A program made the translations under genes and the position numbers. DNA of 64,000 nt from Trichosphaerium sp. ATCC 40318 (taxonomy: Eukaryota; Protista; Tubulinea), in assembly GCA_038496445.1 (NCBI GenBank), contig JALMLS010000039.1:1-64000 (forward strand), read 5' to 3'. Each line of letters begins with the position of its first letter. The first letter of the stretch is position 1. Of this stretch, positions 27,001 through 38,891 are shown piece by piece. The notes beneath the pieces are model-generated. The model saw only the letters and a list, made by a program, of their open reading frames with translations, ran no database searches and had not been told where the DNA came from.

Positions 27001-30000
27001 CATGCTCTACTGGATCAGGGCAGAGTCAGAAACAAGTACAATGGGTATGAACCTTGGATGGCGCTTACAGAGGGTAAAACTTTACAAGAATATATTTTCG
27101 CGTTTAGGCACCTTCGAGACACATATGGGTTCTTTTTTGAGCGTATTATGGCTGATTGTGAGCTCAACATTCGAAAAGGTATTGTTTTTTCTCTTTTTCA
27201 CATTTTTTTTTCTGATGTTGAATTTTAGCAGCTAAAGAAGTATGGCCAGAGGATTTTAAAATGCACCACTGTCGCTTTCATGTAGCAGATGCATTCCGAA
27301 AAAAGCGCTTGAAGCATGGTATGGGTGGGGAGGCCAATGAAGGGGAGTATGCATGGTGTGAGCGTGTTGCTGATAAATTATTCAGTGCAACCACCAAAGA
27401 AGAATTTGAAGAAACATGGGCAGAGTGCTATGAGGTACCAGTACGTTTTTGAACATTGACTAAGCGCGTATAGGATGGTATGTACCTTGGAAAAAACGTT
27501 AAAACCCATTTGAACTACTTAAAGAAGCATTATATAACTCCTGCACCACAAAACAAATGGTCCATATTGATAATCAATTTATTTGTTCTAATGTTGTTTT
27601 ATTTAGGTGGCCACCTTGTACTTGGGCGCCATATACATATATGCATGATGTAGAAGCTAACTCACATCGTACTAACAACACCAGTGAAGGAAACAATCGT
27701 GTTGTTCAAGATGCATTGAAGTTAGCTAGAGCTAAAAAGGGAACATCAAATAGAGTAGTTGATGCTTTAGTAGCGTACTGTGAAACCTCTGCAGACAATG
27801 CCAAACGCTTACTGAAAGGTGTTGGAGGTGTGGGAACACTCAAAAGTGCTACAAAGCGCCAAAAGGGTGTCCAATTGGGTGTCATTGCTAAGAGAAGTAA
27901 GTAAATATGTAAACAACGTTAAGCTTTTTTGTAGGAAAAATAAACTCAGCTAAAATTATTGCTGTTGCTCATAAAATCATAGATCGAAAGATAGTATGAA
28001 TGCTCAATCCATATTTAATACTAAATCCTACATAGGCTAAGGCAAAGAAAAAAAAAGCAGCAGAAAAAAAAAGCAAGGCCACTGAAAAAAAGCAACCAAA
28101 AAAGGGCAAAGCAAAGAAAACCACAATACGTGTAAAAAAGCGTCAGATGGAACAACAGACACAAGTTGTGAAACGGCAAAAAGTTGGGGCTAAAATTCCA
28201 AGTTTAGAGCTCAAAACAGTCAGCCAATACAATAAACGCTTACAGGTGGCCTCAAAAAAGAGAACAACACGTAAGAACTACACAGAGTAGCCCAAAAAAA
28301 AAATGTCAAATAAAATACTTTTCCTTTGTTGTTAAATAAAATTTGTTAAAGGCTTTCAATTTGTATTTTTTACCTCGGTTTAGGACTACTTGTATACCTG
28401 TACGTACATTAAAAATAAATTTTTATTACAAGAGGTACTAATGGCGCTCAGTACACCCATCTCCAAAAACTTGACATTTTTGGTCAAGTATTCGACATTT
28501 ACAAATTTAGCAACATTATATGTTGTTATCTAAATCATAGAGCTAGGAGGCTGTCTACCTGCGACTTGGAGGGACCATTACCTGATTTTCTCGGAGACCT
28601 TCCTTTAAATCAACTGTATGTAGCTATGATTTCCGTAACTGTTAACCTTAGCTTCTTTTCAAAGGAATCTTGCACTGAACAGGCTGAACGGTACTATTCC
28701 GGCATGGGTATTTGACAACATTAATGAGGTGTAAGTAACACGTGCCTAAACCTCACTCTATAACCTTTACCAACAGACAGTTCCAAGATAACTCATTCTC
28801 AGGGAGTTTACCACAAGTACCTTATAATGCCTCAAAGAGTCTACACCGACTGTAAGTTGCATTTAAACAATGGTGTTCTAACTTTTGTATTGATAGAATT
28901 CTTAACAGAAATAATCTAACTGGAAATCTTCCTCCAGCGATTGCCCACTACTCTATATTGTACGCCTAAGTTCTACAAACTTTAATTGAGTGATGAACGC
29001 ATAGGAACTTAGAGCGAAACCAATTTTCAGGTGGCTTTGAGCACTTTAAACAAGCCAACGCTACAACAATGTACATTGCATTCTCTGAAAGGTTTATAGC
29101 TTATGTAGAAACTAGTACTCTGAATGAAAATGGAATCAGTGGATCTATACCAGAATTTAATGAAAGAATAGAATACAATCTTATGTGCGCCCTTTGTCTT
29201 TTTTGTTAATCACAACTTACAAATATGTTTAAGATCTTTGTATGGAAACCAGCTCAGTGGATCCATTTCTCCATCAACGTTAGAACTCAAAGTTAAAGAG
29301 TTAAGATTACAAGACAATATGTTATCAGGAGTCCTTCCTGAAGGCGTTGATGTGTCTCATATCAACAAATTGTACTATTTAATGTACCTTTTATTGCACG
29401 TGTTGAAAGTAAATTTAGAGACATTTCAAATAATGAATTATTTGGACCTTTGCCAAGCTATCTACGAGATATCGCTGATCTGTATGTACTTATGCAATTT
29501 ATTGTATTAATATCTTTGTATTTAGAAACGTTCAAAACAACGGATTTTGGTGCCCATCAGTTCCTTTTGAAGTCAATAATTGGTAATATCACAACATTCT
29601 TAACATTCTTTGATTTATCTCAAATACTAACACGTGATAGCGATGAGTTTCAAAAGTTTGCCGGAAATTACTTTTGTGATGAGTCTGGAATAACTTGTAA
29701 AACATTAGGAAGTCTGAACTGCCCTGGAATGTGTTTGAGCCTCCCAATTGTTGTCACAGGAAACTATACACTTCCAGAAGATACAGTAATAGATGCAAGA
29801 ACTGTGATACAAGGAGATCTTAATATCATCGCTAAGACAACAATCACAGTTCCACCTGACTTTGGTAAAGGTGATACATTGTTGACTGTCACAGGAACGC
29901 TTTTTAGCTGAAGTTTTCTTGTTAATTCTTTCAATAGGTTGTTTGACTTGGCAAAGTGAACTGCTTGTTACAATTCCGCCAACAGTGCAGCGACCATCTC

Positions 30001-30272
30001 TTATTGAACTTATTAAAGCTAATTGTATCATTGGTGATGTTGATAATATAAAGACAACTAGCAACAAGCAGTGCTTCGATGACAAGGCGCTTGAAACGAA
30101 TTTAGGGTTTGTTATTTGTAATTTTGTACACTTTCCTATTACTGACTTCGCTTACTTATCTCATAGAATTTCTTTGCGAGTTGGTTCTGATAAATGTTCT
30201 GGACACGTGAAATTAGTTGGGTCCACCTTTTTATTGGTTATACTTGTCAGTTTATTAGTATTAATGTATTGA
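24025..30272 (+). CDS. LRR surface receptor paralog 4 (~18 LRRs), apparently intact, MULE inside an intron
   Basis: The exons I translated join in frame from MTTINIEMIIVLLAIFNVSYAQ to GSTFLLVILVSLLVLMY*; this needs one GA-AG intron at 29895-29937. Confidence 0.8.
25372..28511. mobile_element. MULE/Mutator DNA transposon, 3140 bp
   Basis: ~48-bp imperfect TIRs (GTTTGAATGTTAAATGTCGAATATTTGACAAAAAATGTCGAGTTTTGG vs rc GCTAAATTTGTAAATGTCGAATACTTGACCAAAAATGTCAAGTTTTTGG) and a perfect 8-bp TSD AACATTAT at 25364-25371 and 28512-28519. Confidence 0.95.
26135..28290 (+). CDS. MULE transposase with ~9 introns; probable 1-bp frameshift near 27061
   Basis: N-terminal YFKCPNRKICKARV...HNEAC zinc finger; DDE motifs LYMDSIHK, IMADCE, HHCRFHV (CxxH) and RTNNTSEGNN; Lys-rich C-terminal tail. 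Confidence 0.9.
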
Positions 30273-30386
30273 TAGTAAAGAACTTTATTTTTATGTTGGT
30301 GTATTTCTCAGTTTTTTCTTCGGTGATCAGTGCTGCTCTACTGTGAATGACTATAACGTTTGATTAGCCGAACACCATCTATGTAT

Positions 30387-30782
30387 TCACCTGTAGTGGA
30401 TATTTCTAGTTGTTCTATAATAAGTCGTGAAGAGACCATGTAACTTTCCACTCTGGTAAAAACCTTGCGCAACTTTTGAGCCAAAATAAAAACTCTGGGT
30501 GACTCCTTCTTTCTCTCCATTTTTATAAGATAACTTCTCCTTCAAGTCTCCATTGATTGAATTATAGAAAAAGGCATCACCATGTTCCACTCCATTAATA
30601 AAAGGGATTATAGAACATAGGATACCATTAGAATAAAATCGTTTTATTTTACCATGTTTAACATAATTATCATTGAATCTAGATGTCAAAGCTGTTTGAC
30701 GACAAAGTAACGGCCACTTTATATAACTTTCCTTATCTGTATTATATATAACATAGTGTAGCTCTGGTGGCAAAGACAACAT
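30387..30782 (-). CDS. F-box-like + MORN2 (YwqK-type) repeat protein
   Basis: MLSLPPELHYVI (F-box-like), then KHGKIKRFYSNG, INGVEHG, YKNGEKEG and YQSGKLHG repeats. The last repeat may continue in another frame (GEYIDGV, to 30338). Confidence 0.7.
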   Translation of the reverse strand: MLSLPPELHYVIYNTDKESYIKWPLLCRQTALTSRFNDNYVKHGKIKRFYSNGILCSIIPFINGVEHGDAFFYNSINGDLKEKLSYKNGEKEGVTQSFYFGSKVAQGFYQSGKLHGLFTTYYRTTRNIHYR

Positions 30783-30882
30783 GACTTGATGCGGTACAGA
30801 GGTATTTCAAAGAAAAAAAAAGTAATGTCAAGTCAAACACGTGACTAAATCAAAAAAAAATAGAGTCAAACCGTTGCTTTTT

Positions 30883-33720
30883 TTATAGTATATGTTTTGT
30901 CTTTCTTATTCTGTAGCAAGATAGACCACAACAACTGCACCAGTTATCCAGTTTCGACTCTTCGACTACTTCATTTTCTTCTTGGTTTGATGTCACTTCA
31001 TCGGCACTTTGGGTGTACTTATCAAACTTTCCAACGGACAAACTACTTGATGAGTAAAAATCATCTGGATCATCAAGAACGTCCAAGTACCCAGACTGTA
31101 ATGAGTGTAAACAAAATTTAAGTAAATGTAGTGCGTTCAAACAATACGTACAGTAAAAAAATAGGGTAGCACCCATGTGCGGAGTGGTATCAATATGACA
31201 ATCAGTATTGGAAATATCATCGATCCTAAAGTAACAAAGTTTAGACGTTTTGGTTTGAACAACATCACGTGGTACCAACTGGTTCGAATGTGAGAGCAAA
31301 TATTGCTCCGCAAACTGACATTTGAAATATTGTGAATGCACAAACAAGTATAAAAGGAGCATGTGATACTGTTTTTGATAGGTTCTCTCTATGTTTCTTT
31401 TGTGTTGCAAATAACTTTATACGATCAAACATGTGGTTATTTTCTAATAACTCCAAACCCTACAGAGACTGATTATTTCAAAGCCTTCTACATAACCACC
31501 ATTTAATATTGGTACCATAAACAAGAACAACCCCGAGAATACAGCTTCTGGGAAGTTTCTAAACACCAATTAAGTCACGACTTAATACAATTTACTAACC
31601 CTAAAAATCGTCGAAGTTGAGGTATGAAGGCAGTCAATCCTATCATTAGAGACTGTGTAAATGCTGAAACACGGTTCTCAATAACGCCAATCCACTTTTC
31701 TTTCTTCACTTTACCTTGATGCTCAATACGAATAGTAGCAAGAGATCTAAACCAAAGTCAGAAGAACAATCATGAGAAAGAAACAGCGAATAAGTATTGG
31801 CCTATTTTGACTATTTGACGTACTTAACATGAAGTGGTGCTTGTGGTATCAAGCCATTACACGGAGGAATAGCAATTAGACCAGTCATTAGCACTAAATA
31901 AACGTTTTGTTACAATCAAGATTGAAGCCAAGAAAAGCTTGAAGAAAAAAAAAGTATACTCCAGTACTTACTGTTACATCCAAGAACAAAGAAGTCCCAG
32001 TTATATGCAGTGCCTTTTTTAATGTTATGCTCAGGCTTTTGAGAAAGAAGAGATGATACATTATGGTCAAAAAAGTGAAGTGCAGTCTAATGCAAGGTAA
32101 ACAAATCAACTGTTTTGATAGTGACAGGTAAAAGTGTTGTACCATTATGAACGCAGGTATGGAAGCACTCATGATGCCTCCCCAACCTAAGTCCTTGTGG
32201 AACCACTCTGGCCACCTGTTTTTTATCATCAGTACAAGTAGAACTAGGTAAAAAGGAAGAAAGTCGGCATGTACCAACTTCTTCCAAGGCTAGGTTCAAA
32301 GTCATTTGGAACTTTTAAGTATCCAAGCTCTTCTTTAATGTGACCATAACGGCCTCCTACAAAATAAGGAACTGCAATAAAGAAACCAATAGCAGCAGCA
32401 GTTGCATAATCCTTTACTAAACTCCGCACAACTCGGCTATATTAACAATGGTTAGTAGCACATTTACTAACAGATACTTACTTGAACAAAGTCCACTCAT
32501 TTGCAGTAGACAAAACCGTAGCTAGAATCCATGTCCCAAGAGCCAACAATAGAGCCAAATACGGTCCAGTGAGTTCCTGTTTCGTGTTAAGTTAGATTGC
32601 ATGAACAAAAAACGAGTACAGTGTCAGGTGCGTCGTTGAAGTTCTCGACCAATTTAGAAACTCCTGTCTCGATCTATGGCTGTGTTAGTAAACTTATGTC
32701 GTTAAGTTGACACGTGCATAAACCAAACAAATCAAGCAAGCGAATATTTCGCATGTGAAACGGGTTACAAGGCGCAATAAGTTATTCAAGTTGAAGATAG
32801 CGATCAACCAATGCATAACTGCTCCCCACATCTTTTAGAAAACTTAAAAAAAATTGAAAGAAACACAAAAGGTTTACCTGAATCCATGCATACCTAGGCA
32901 AGTTCTATTAGCCTCCATAAATGCATAGTATATTCTCATAGTATTGAATGATGAGAAACAAAGATTTGCGTACCATGGAAGGAAGGGATAACCATATTGT
33001 TTAGAAATGTTGTAGATCGAAATAGTAAATATCGAAATTGGACCTGTCACACCCACAATAATGATCGCAGAGCCCTGAAATAACTCAGCTAACTACCCAC
33101 AATTCCTTTACTTACTGACATCATTGCGTATGAAGTACCGGCCAAAAAAGTGGATAGAAGCACCTGAGCAACATTAATCTAATTTTGCGAAAAAAAACCG
33201 CCTTTACTTCAATAGTGCCGAGTTGTCCTTCCTTGTTCTAACAATAAACCAAAAGCGATAGCAGGCCCAATGCTAATAAAGTACCTACACGAATAACATT
33301 GAGTCAAGCAATATGTGATCACAAAAGCGGAGAAATGTACATAAACAAAATCGAAGCCAAGATTTTCAATGGCGAAGTAAAACCCTGTATCCAATCATCC
33401 TTGTTCGCCTATTAGCTAATGCACGTGATATTTTATAAAAAACAACGTACTATGTACCAAGGGACTAATCTAACCTTAATATCTCTATACATACCTCTGA
33501 AAGGCATGAAATCAACCAACTTTCGCAGCTCTTAAATTTTCGTTGGAAATCTTTACTCAAAGTTTTTATACGCTTCGAAGTAACACGTACTGTGACAACA
33601 TTGTTTTTTAGTGACGATCGTGTCAACGTCTTGATCTTCCTGATTTGACCAATGGTTGCTTGAATTAGTGGTTAACAAAGGCGTATCATTCTCAGGAGAC
33701 TTTTGTAGTGATGTCAACAT
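30883..33720 (-). CDS. SLC4/BOR1-family borate/bicarbonate transporter (multi-exon)
   Basis: Exons encode YRDIKVRLVPWY, IGPAIAFGLLL, VGVTGPISIF, VTRFTCEIFACLI, FFDHNVSSLLSQKPEHNIKKGTAYNWDF, NGLIPQAPLHV, VIENRVS, VFSGLFLFMG. Confidence 0.92.
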
Positions 33721-33997
33721 TCAAAGCAACTTTTCGTAACGCACGTGACTCGAAAAGTTGACTTTGCTTTACTTCTGCCTGAGGCTTTTTGTGTTTCTCT
33801 CTTATGAACTATACGCGTAGGCTAACAGTTGTAAGAAGGCAAAAAAGGCTGATCCCTTAAAAAGTTACAAACAACTGTGTTTCGGGTTGTTCTTCCCAAA
33901 GACCCTTACCCAAAGCGAAAATTGGGAATTAAGCCGCTGTTTGAAGCTAAAAACGTCAAAACTTGTTTAATTAGCGTATACACGTTGCCAATAAAGC

Positions 33998-35021
33998 ATG
34001 CATAATGTGAAAATGGTATTTATAGGGGATATAGCGGTTGGTATGGCTTTTGGCCACAAAAAACAATTAATTAACGTTTTTAGGCAAAACATGCTTACTT
34101 ATACGCTTTGCGACTAATATGTTCCCAGCAGAATACGGTACGCCACTTTTAACTTAAAACTACTTCCAAGCCGCTAATTGCTGCTATTAATAGTACCAAC
34201 GGTCTTTGACAACTACAGGTACACCACTGAGAGTCTATTGGGGGTTTTTTATAGCTCTTTGCAACTCTTCTCTTAATGATGGATCATAGTTTAGAGGTTA
34301 TGGTTTTTGGCAGGCCAGCGAATATAGGTTCGTGCTATTTGTTTCTCGTTTTCTTCTTCATTTTGTATGGATGCTGATGTACTTACTAAAGGCTTATTCG
34401 ATACTACTAGTGGAGAAGATAATAGCCATATAATAAGGAAACTATCCTACCCTGTGTGTACAGTTTAGGAGAATTAACTTTTGTGTTTTGTCTCACACGT
34501 GATAAAAGGGAACAGATGTGTTTGTTTTATGTTTCAGTGTTGCTTCAAGAAGAAGCTTCAGAAACATTCCTGTTATGGTAAGACTTATTGTTTCACAACA
34601 GGAGCTTTAAGTTTGATTAATCTGTTTTCGTTAGTGGAAGGCTGAAGCTAGTAAACATTGTCCTGATACACCTATTATTCTTGCAGGTCTTAAAATGGAT
34701 CTCAGAACAAAATTAAAGCCTGATGGAAGTTCATTTGACTGTGTTACAAAGGAAGAAGCTCATAGAATGGCCTTGGAGATCGGTGTAAGTTGTTCAAAAT
34801 ACCAATTTTGTTGTTGAAATACTGATTGTGGTACAAGGCATATTCTTATGTGGAGTGTAGTTCTCTCAAAGGAGATGGAGTTGGAGCATGTAATGTGTAG
34901 TTTACTAATTGTTACAACGCTTATACATTTAGTAGTGTTTCGTGAAGCAGCACTAGCATCAATGGTAAATACCGGATTGATAAAACAAAAGGCCATTGAT
35001 TCAAAATGTGTTGTAATGTAA
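33998..35021 (+). CDS. Atypical Rho/Rac-family small GTPase with CaaX
   Basis: Spliced: [85 protein letters not shown]...HCPDTPIILAGLKMDLR...YVECSSLKG...SKCVVM*. Confidence 0.92.
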
Positions 35022-35502
35022 GTCTCAAGTGTAGGAATAAAAGATTGTTGTATAAGTATTTAAATTGTCAAAGAATTTGATCGACAGTACTTACGTTACA
35101 TTTAGGAAGTAGATAAAGATTACTTTTGCCTATGTAGGGTGTATCTATCTTTGTAACATAATTATACTATGAAATAAATATATTATAAATAGAATGTATA
35201 AGTCCTACCTTTACTTATGAATAACGTGCTTGATAAACACTGAAATCTGAGTTTTTATAAGACTTATGATATTATTTTTTTGTGAACGATCGTCCCACCA
35301 AAACTGAGAGTGTTTAAATGCTTCATTTATCACCTGTTTTTGCACATTCTATTATCTCATCTCTTTCAGTTGATTAACAATCTGTTTCGCTCACAAGTTT
35401 GGTGTCATTTAAACACGTGCTTTTGGTCTTTTGTATTTTGGTGACGATCAAAGCGAAAGCGAGTGCTGAAACAATTTTCTACATGTTTCCAGACAGCCAC
35501 AA

Positions 35503-38322
35503 TTCCCGATTTCCGAAATCAGTGTACCTCCCTGGAAATTGATCTACCCCTACCTGAGATTGATAACATCAAAAAAGTAATTAGACTAAACTAGTCACTC
35601 AAAACGGATATTGGTCATCAATCAATTTATTGCGGCCTACTGTGAATATTGGCTGTATTTGAATATTCATAGTATTCATTCATAACGGAAGGGCAGTAGG
35701 ATTAATATCATTAAACACTCTGGTAGAATTATCAAGCCACTTTCGTTCTGTCAAATGTATCTGTTTATGGCCTAGTTTACAATTTTTAGTTGCTGCACGT
35801 GTTGAACTTGCGTTTTCTCTTTTTTTTAATTTTAATTTTTGTTTTGCTTTTTACTAGATGCTCGTGAGAGGTCTATCGTGCGTAGGAGATGGGTTTCTGA
35901 GGCTTTTTGAGCTGTTTTGATGAAATCTTACTTGTTATTATTTTTCGAGACTTTTCACGTGTTTTGTAGGCATCAGTTGTACATTGGCAATATTATCTGG
36001 ACTTGTTAAAAATCAAATTTGGTCATGAGGCACATTGGTATGTAGTACCTACACCGAAATGAACGAATAACCGTTGTAAATTGAAACAAGTTGGTCAGTG
36101 ACTGTAATTGACTTCACATACCATAAAAGAGTCAAACGCATCACGTGAAGCGATTTCTGCGTTCTTTAATAATATTTACAACAAATGGGAAATTTTACAC
36201 AAAGGTATACCGGAGAGAAAACGTTTAGCGATGGCAGCAAATATGTAGGCGAATTTATTTACGGCAAATCTGATGGCATAGGAGAATATACATGGCCAAG
36301 TGGAACGAAGTATGTTGGCGAATTTAGAGATGGCAAACGTAATGGCAAAGGAGAATATACATGGCCAAATGGAAACAAGTATGTTGGCGAATTTAAAGAT
36401 GACAAAGTACATGGCAAAGGAGAGAAGACATGGCCAAGTGGAACGAAGTATGTTGGCGAATTTAAAGATGGCAAATCTGATGGCAAAGGAGAATATACAT
36501 GGCCAAGTGGAACATATGTTGGCGAATTTAAAGATGACAAATTTAATGGCAAAGGAGAGAATACATGGCCAGATGGAACGAAGTATGTTGGCGAATTTAA
36601 AGATGACAAAGTACATGGCAAAGGAGAATATACATGGCCAAATGGAAATAAGTATGTTGGTGAATTTAAAGATGACAAACGTAATGGCAAAGGAGAATAC
36701 ACATGGCCAAATGGAACAAAGTATGTTGGCGAATTTAGAGATGGCAAACGTAATGGCAAAGGAGAACATATATGGCCAGATGGAACGAAGTATGTTGGTG
36801 AACTTAAAGATGACAAATTTAATGGCAAAGGAGAGAAGACATGGCCAGATGGAACAAAATACAAAGGTGAATTTAAAGACGACAGATACATCTCTGGATG
36901 TGTTTATTTTGTTGATGGTACAATGTGCGATGCTAAGTGGATATCAAATAAGCCTGTTTCAGATTGCAAATTAACATTCCCTGGTGAGAAAACAATAGAA
37001 GCGAAATGGATAATGGAACAAAAAAAGTTGATCACATTTCTTGATGAGTACCAACTAACTATCACCCCCAAAATGCATGCTATCTCATACATTGGTAAAA
37101 ATAAGTCAATATCACCATCCACATGGACATGCGATCAGGTATTATATGTACTCAACAGGATTGAACCTCAGCTCGTTGATATACTAGCACCACAAAAATT
37201 GAGGTACACATTAGTATTTTTATCTGCCGTTTCATAACAGCATACCTGACATTTTGTAGTGGTTGTGACTTTTTGGCTCTTGATAAAACAACGCCCATCT
37301 TGCTTAAAGTACCCTTAGGGTATGCAAACAAAATTCTACAGTACATCGAGGACCTGAAACAAGGCACTAAAACAAACACCTAACACTATGTTAATAATTA
37401 CAAATAGGTGCATCTAGTCATCAGTCAACACTGTTGGAACAAGGTAGGCACTCATTCATATGTAATCGTATATTTACTGTGATCATAGTATCTAAAAACT
37501 CAAAAGAGTTTACAGACTTGGTGAAAGAAGTTAAGGTAGCGACAAACAATCAAATTACTGTTTACAACCCACCACACCTATCTAAACCGCTCATATTCAT
37601 CCTTGTTGGTGCTCGCCGTATTCATAACTCTAAACTCAGGTATTTTACAAAAGGTGTTTTGTGTCTAAACATTAATCTAGAGATGCGTATGAAGAAAAGA
37701 AGCAACAATTACATGGAGATAGTAAAGAGTTCATTGGATTTCATGGAACTTCACCATCAAACTTGGAGAGTATTTGCAAGTACGATTCCATCTGATAGAT
37801 CTTTTCAACATGTGCACTAACTGTGGTGTATAGAAGCGGTCTACTTCCTATTGGTCATAGTGAAAACAACAGTACTACTGCGACTGACAGTGGTGCGTGG
37901 AAGTTTTTACTTTTGTTTCAACTAAAAACTATTAAAAACAGGATGGTTTGGGGATGGTACAAAGGGAATCTATGTATCACGATATGTGGACTACTGTCTT
38001 AAATACTCTCGACCAAATGGATTACTCACGCCTATGAGATCAGGTGACACTGTTAAAGTGCTCATGTTTCGTGTACTTCCAGGCAAAACCAACCTTGTCA
38101 ACAAAGTATGTAAACCACTTTTTTGGTCATTGTTTGATTGTTTACTTAGAAAACACCTGGACTGCAACCTACTCCTGGATACGATAGTAACAGCTCCCCT
38201 CGATACATGGAATGGTTCTTATACTCTTCCAACCAGGTGTTGCCTGTTTATGAGCTTGAGATACGTGCTATGTACAACGACCGCACAGTACAAGATGATC
38301 AATGATTTCTTGTACAAACCTT
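35503..38322 (+). repeat. Left arm of an inverted segmental duplication (partner ~46072-48809)
   Basis: Upstream region, exons and introns of MORN-SAM-ART copy A recur in reverse complement at 46072-48809 (e.g. TTCCCGATTTCCGAAATCAGTGTACCTCCC). Confidence 0.9.
36185..38305 (+). CDS. MORN repeat + SAM + PARP-type ADP-ribosyltransferase, copy A (10 MORN units), intact
   Basis: Exon 1 is a MORN array. SAM-like WTCDQVLYVLNRIEPQLVDILAPQKLSGCDFLALD...LKVPLGYANKILQYIEDL. ART: FIGFHGTSPSNLESICKSG (His 37742), GWFGDGTKGIYVS (Tyr 37971), VLMFRVLPG, PGYDS, YMEWFLYSSNQVLPVYELEI (Glu 38210). Confidence 0.88.
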
Positions 38323-38891
38323 GATTTTTTTGGTTCATTTTTTGACTTGTCATACAAAGAGCCCAATACATTACACACGAATAGTTGGTTTCTAAAGTAG
38401 ATACTATTCTATTGTATGATTACTTATGCAATAGCTTTCTTTAATACATATCCATACAATAAACTACGTTCTAAGAGAAAACAAATACTTTCTGGTTTTA
38501 GAAAATGTGACTTACTCCTTTATGTTATGTTGATCGTCAATTAGTATTGAAAACCCAAAAAAATTGTTGCGTGCCAAAGAGCACCCTAAGTTTTGGGAAG
38601 CGGTTTACTGTAACAAGATTCACATACCTCCTATGTGCGTGATTTGCTAGGAAATTTGAAAGATACGGAATTAGTGTTTTTCGGCAGTGTTGAAGCAAGG
38701 CTAAGACCGTCCTTTGTTCGATATCACTTGGGATAACGTCCACACACAATAGAACCGTAAACCTTATTTTGCATTCTCTTTACATTATGTAACTATTCAA
38801 CTAATGGAAGCTTAACAACAGTGTTCCTAATTTGGCAAATGAAGAACAAAAATGTACTTTTATTTACCATATCAGTAAACCATAAACAAGC

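Noticed and set aside
21083-28511. Idea that the two intronic elements are introners that created their introns
   Set aside because: The same intron exists without inserts in paralogs 1, 2 and 5, and the splice sites lie outside the elements.
36240-36880. Regular repeat/variable pattern resembling a CRISPR array or DGR target
   Set aside because: Units are in-frame protein repeats with no unique spacers, and I saw no cas or reverse transcriptase gene in this eukaryotic window.
36176-36974. Long overlapping ORFs in other frames or strands over the MORN arrays (also 47419-47999, 51276-51961)
   Set aside because: Shadow ORFs from tandem repetition of a stop-poor 69-nt coding unit; only the MORN frame continues into SAM/ART exons.
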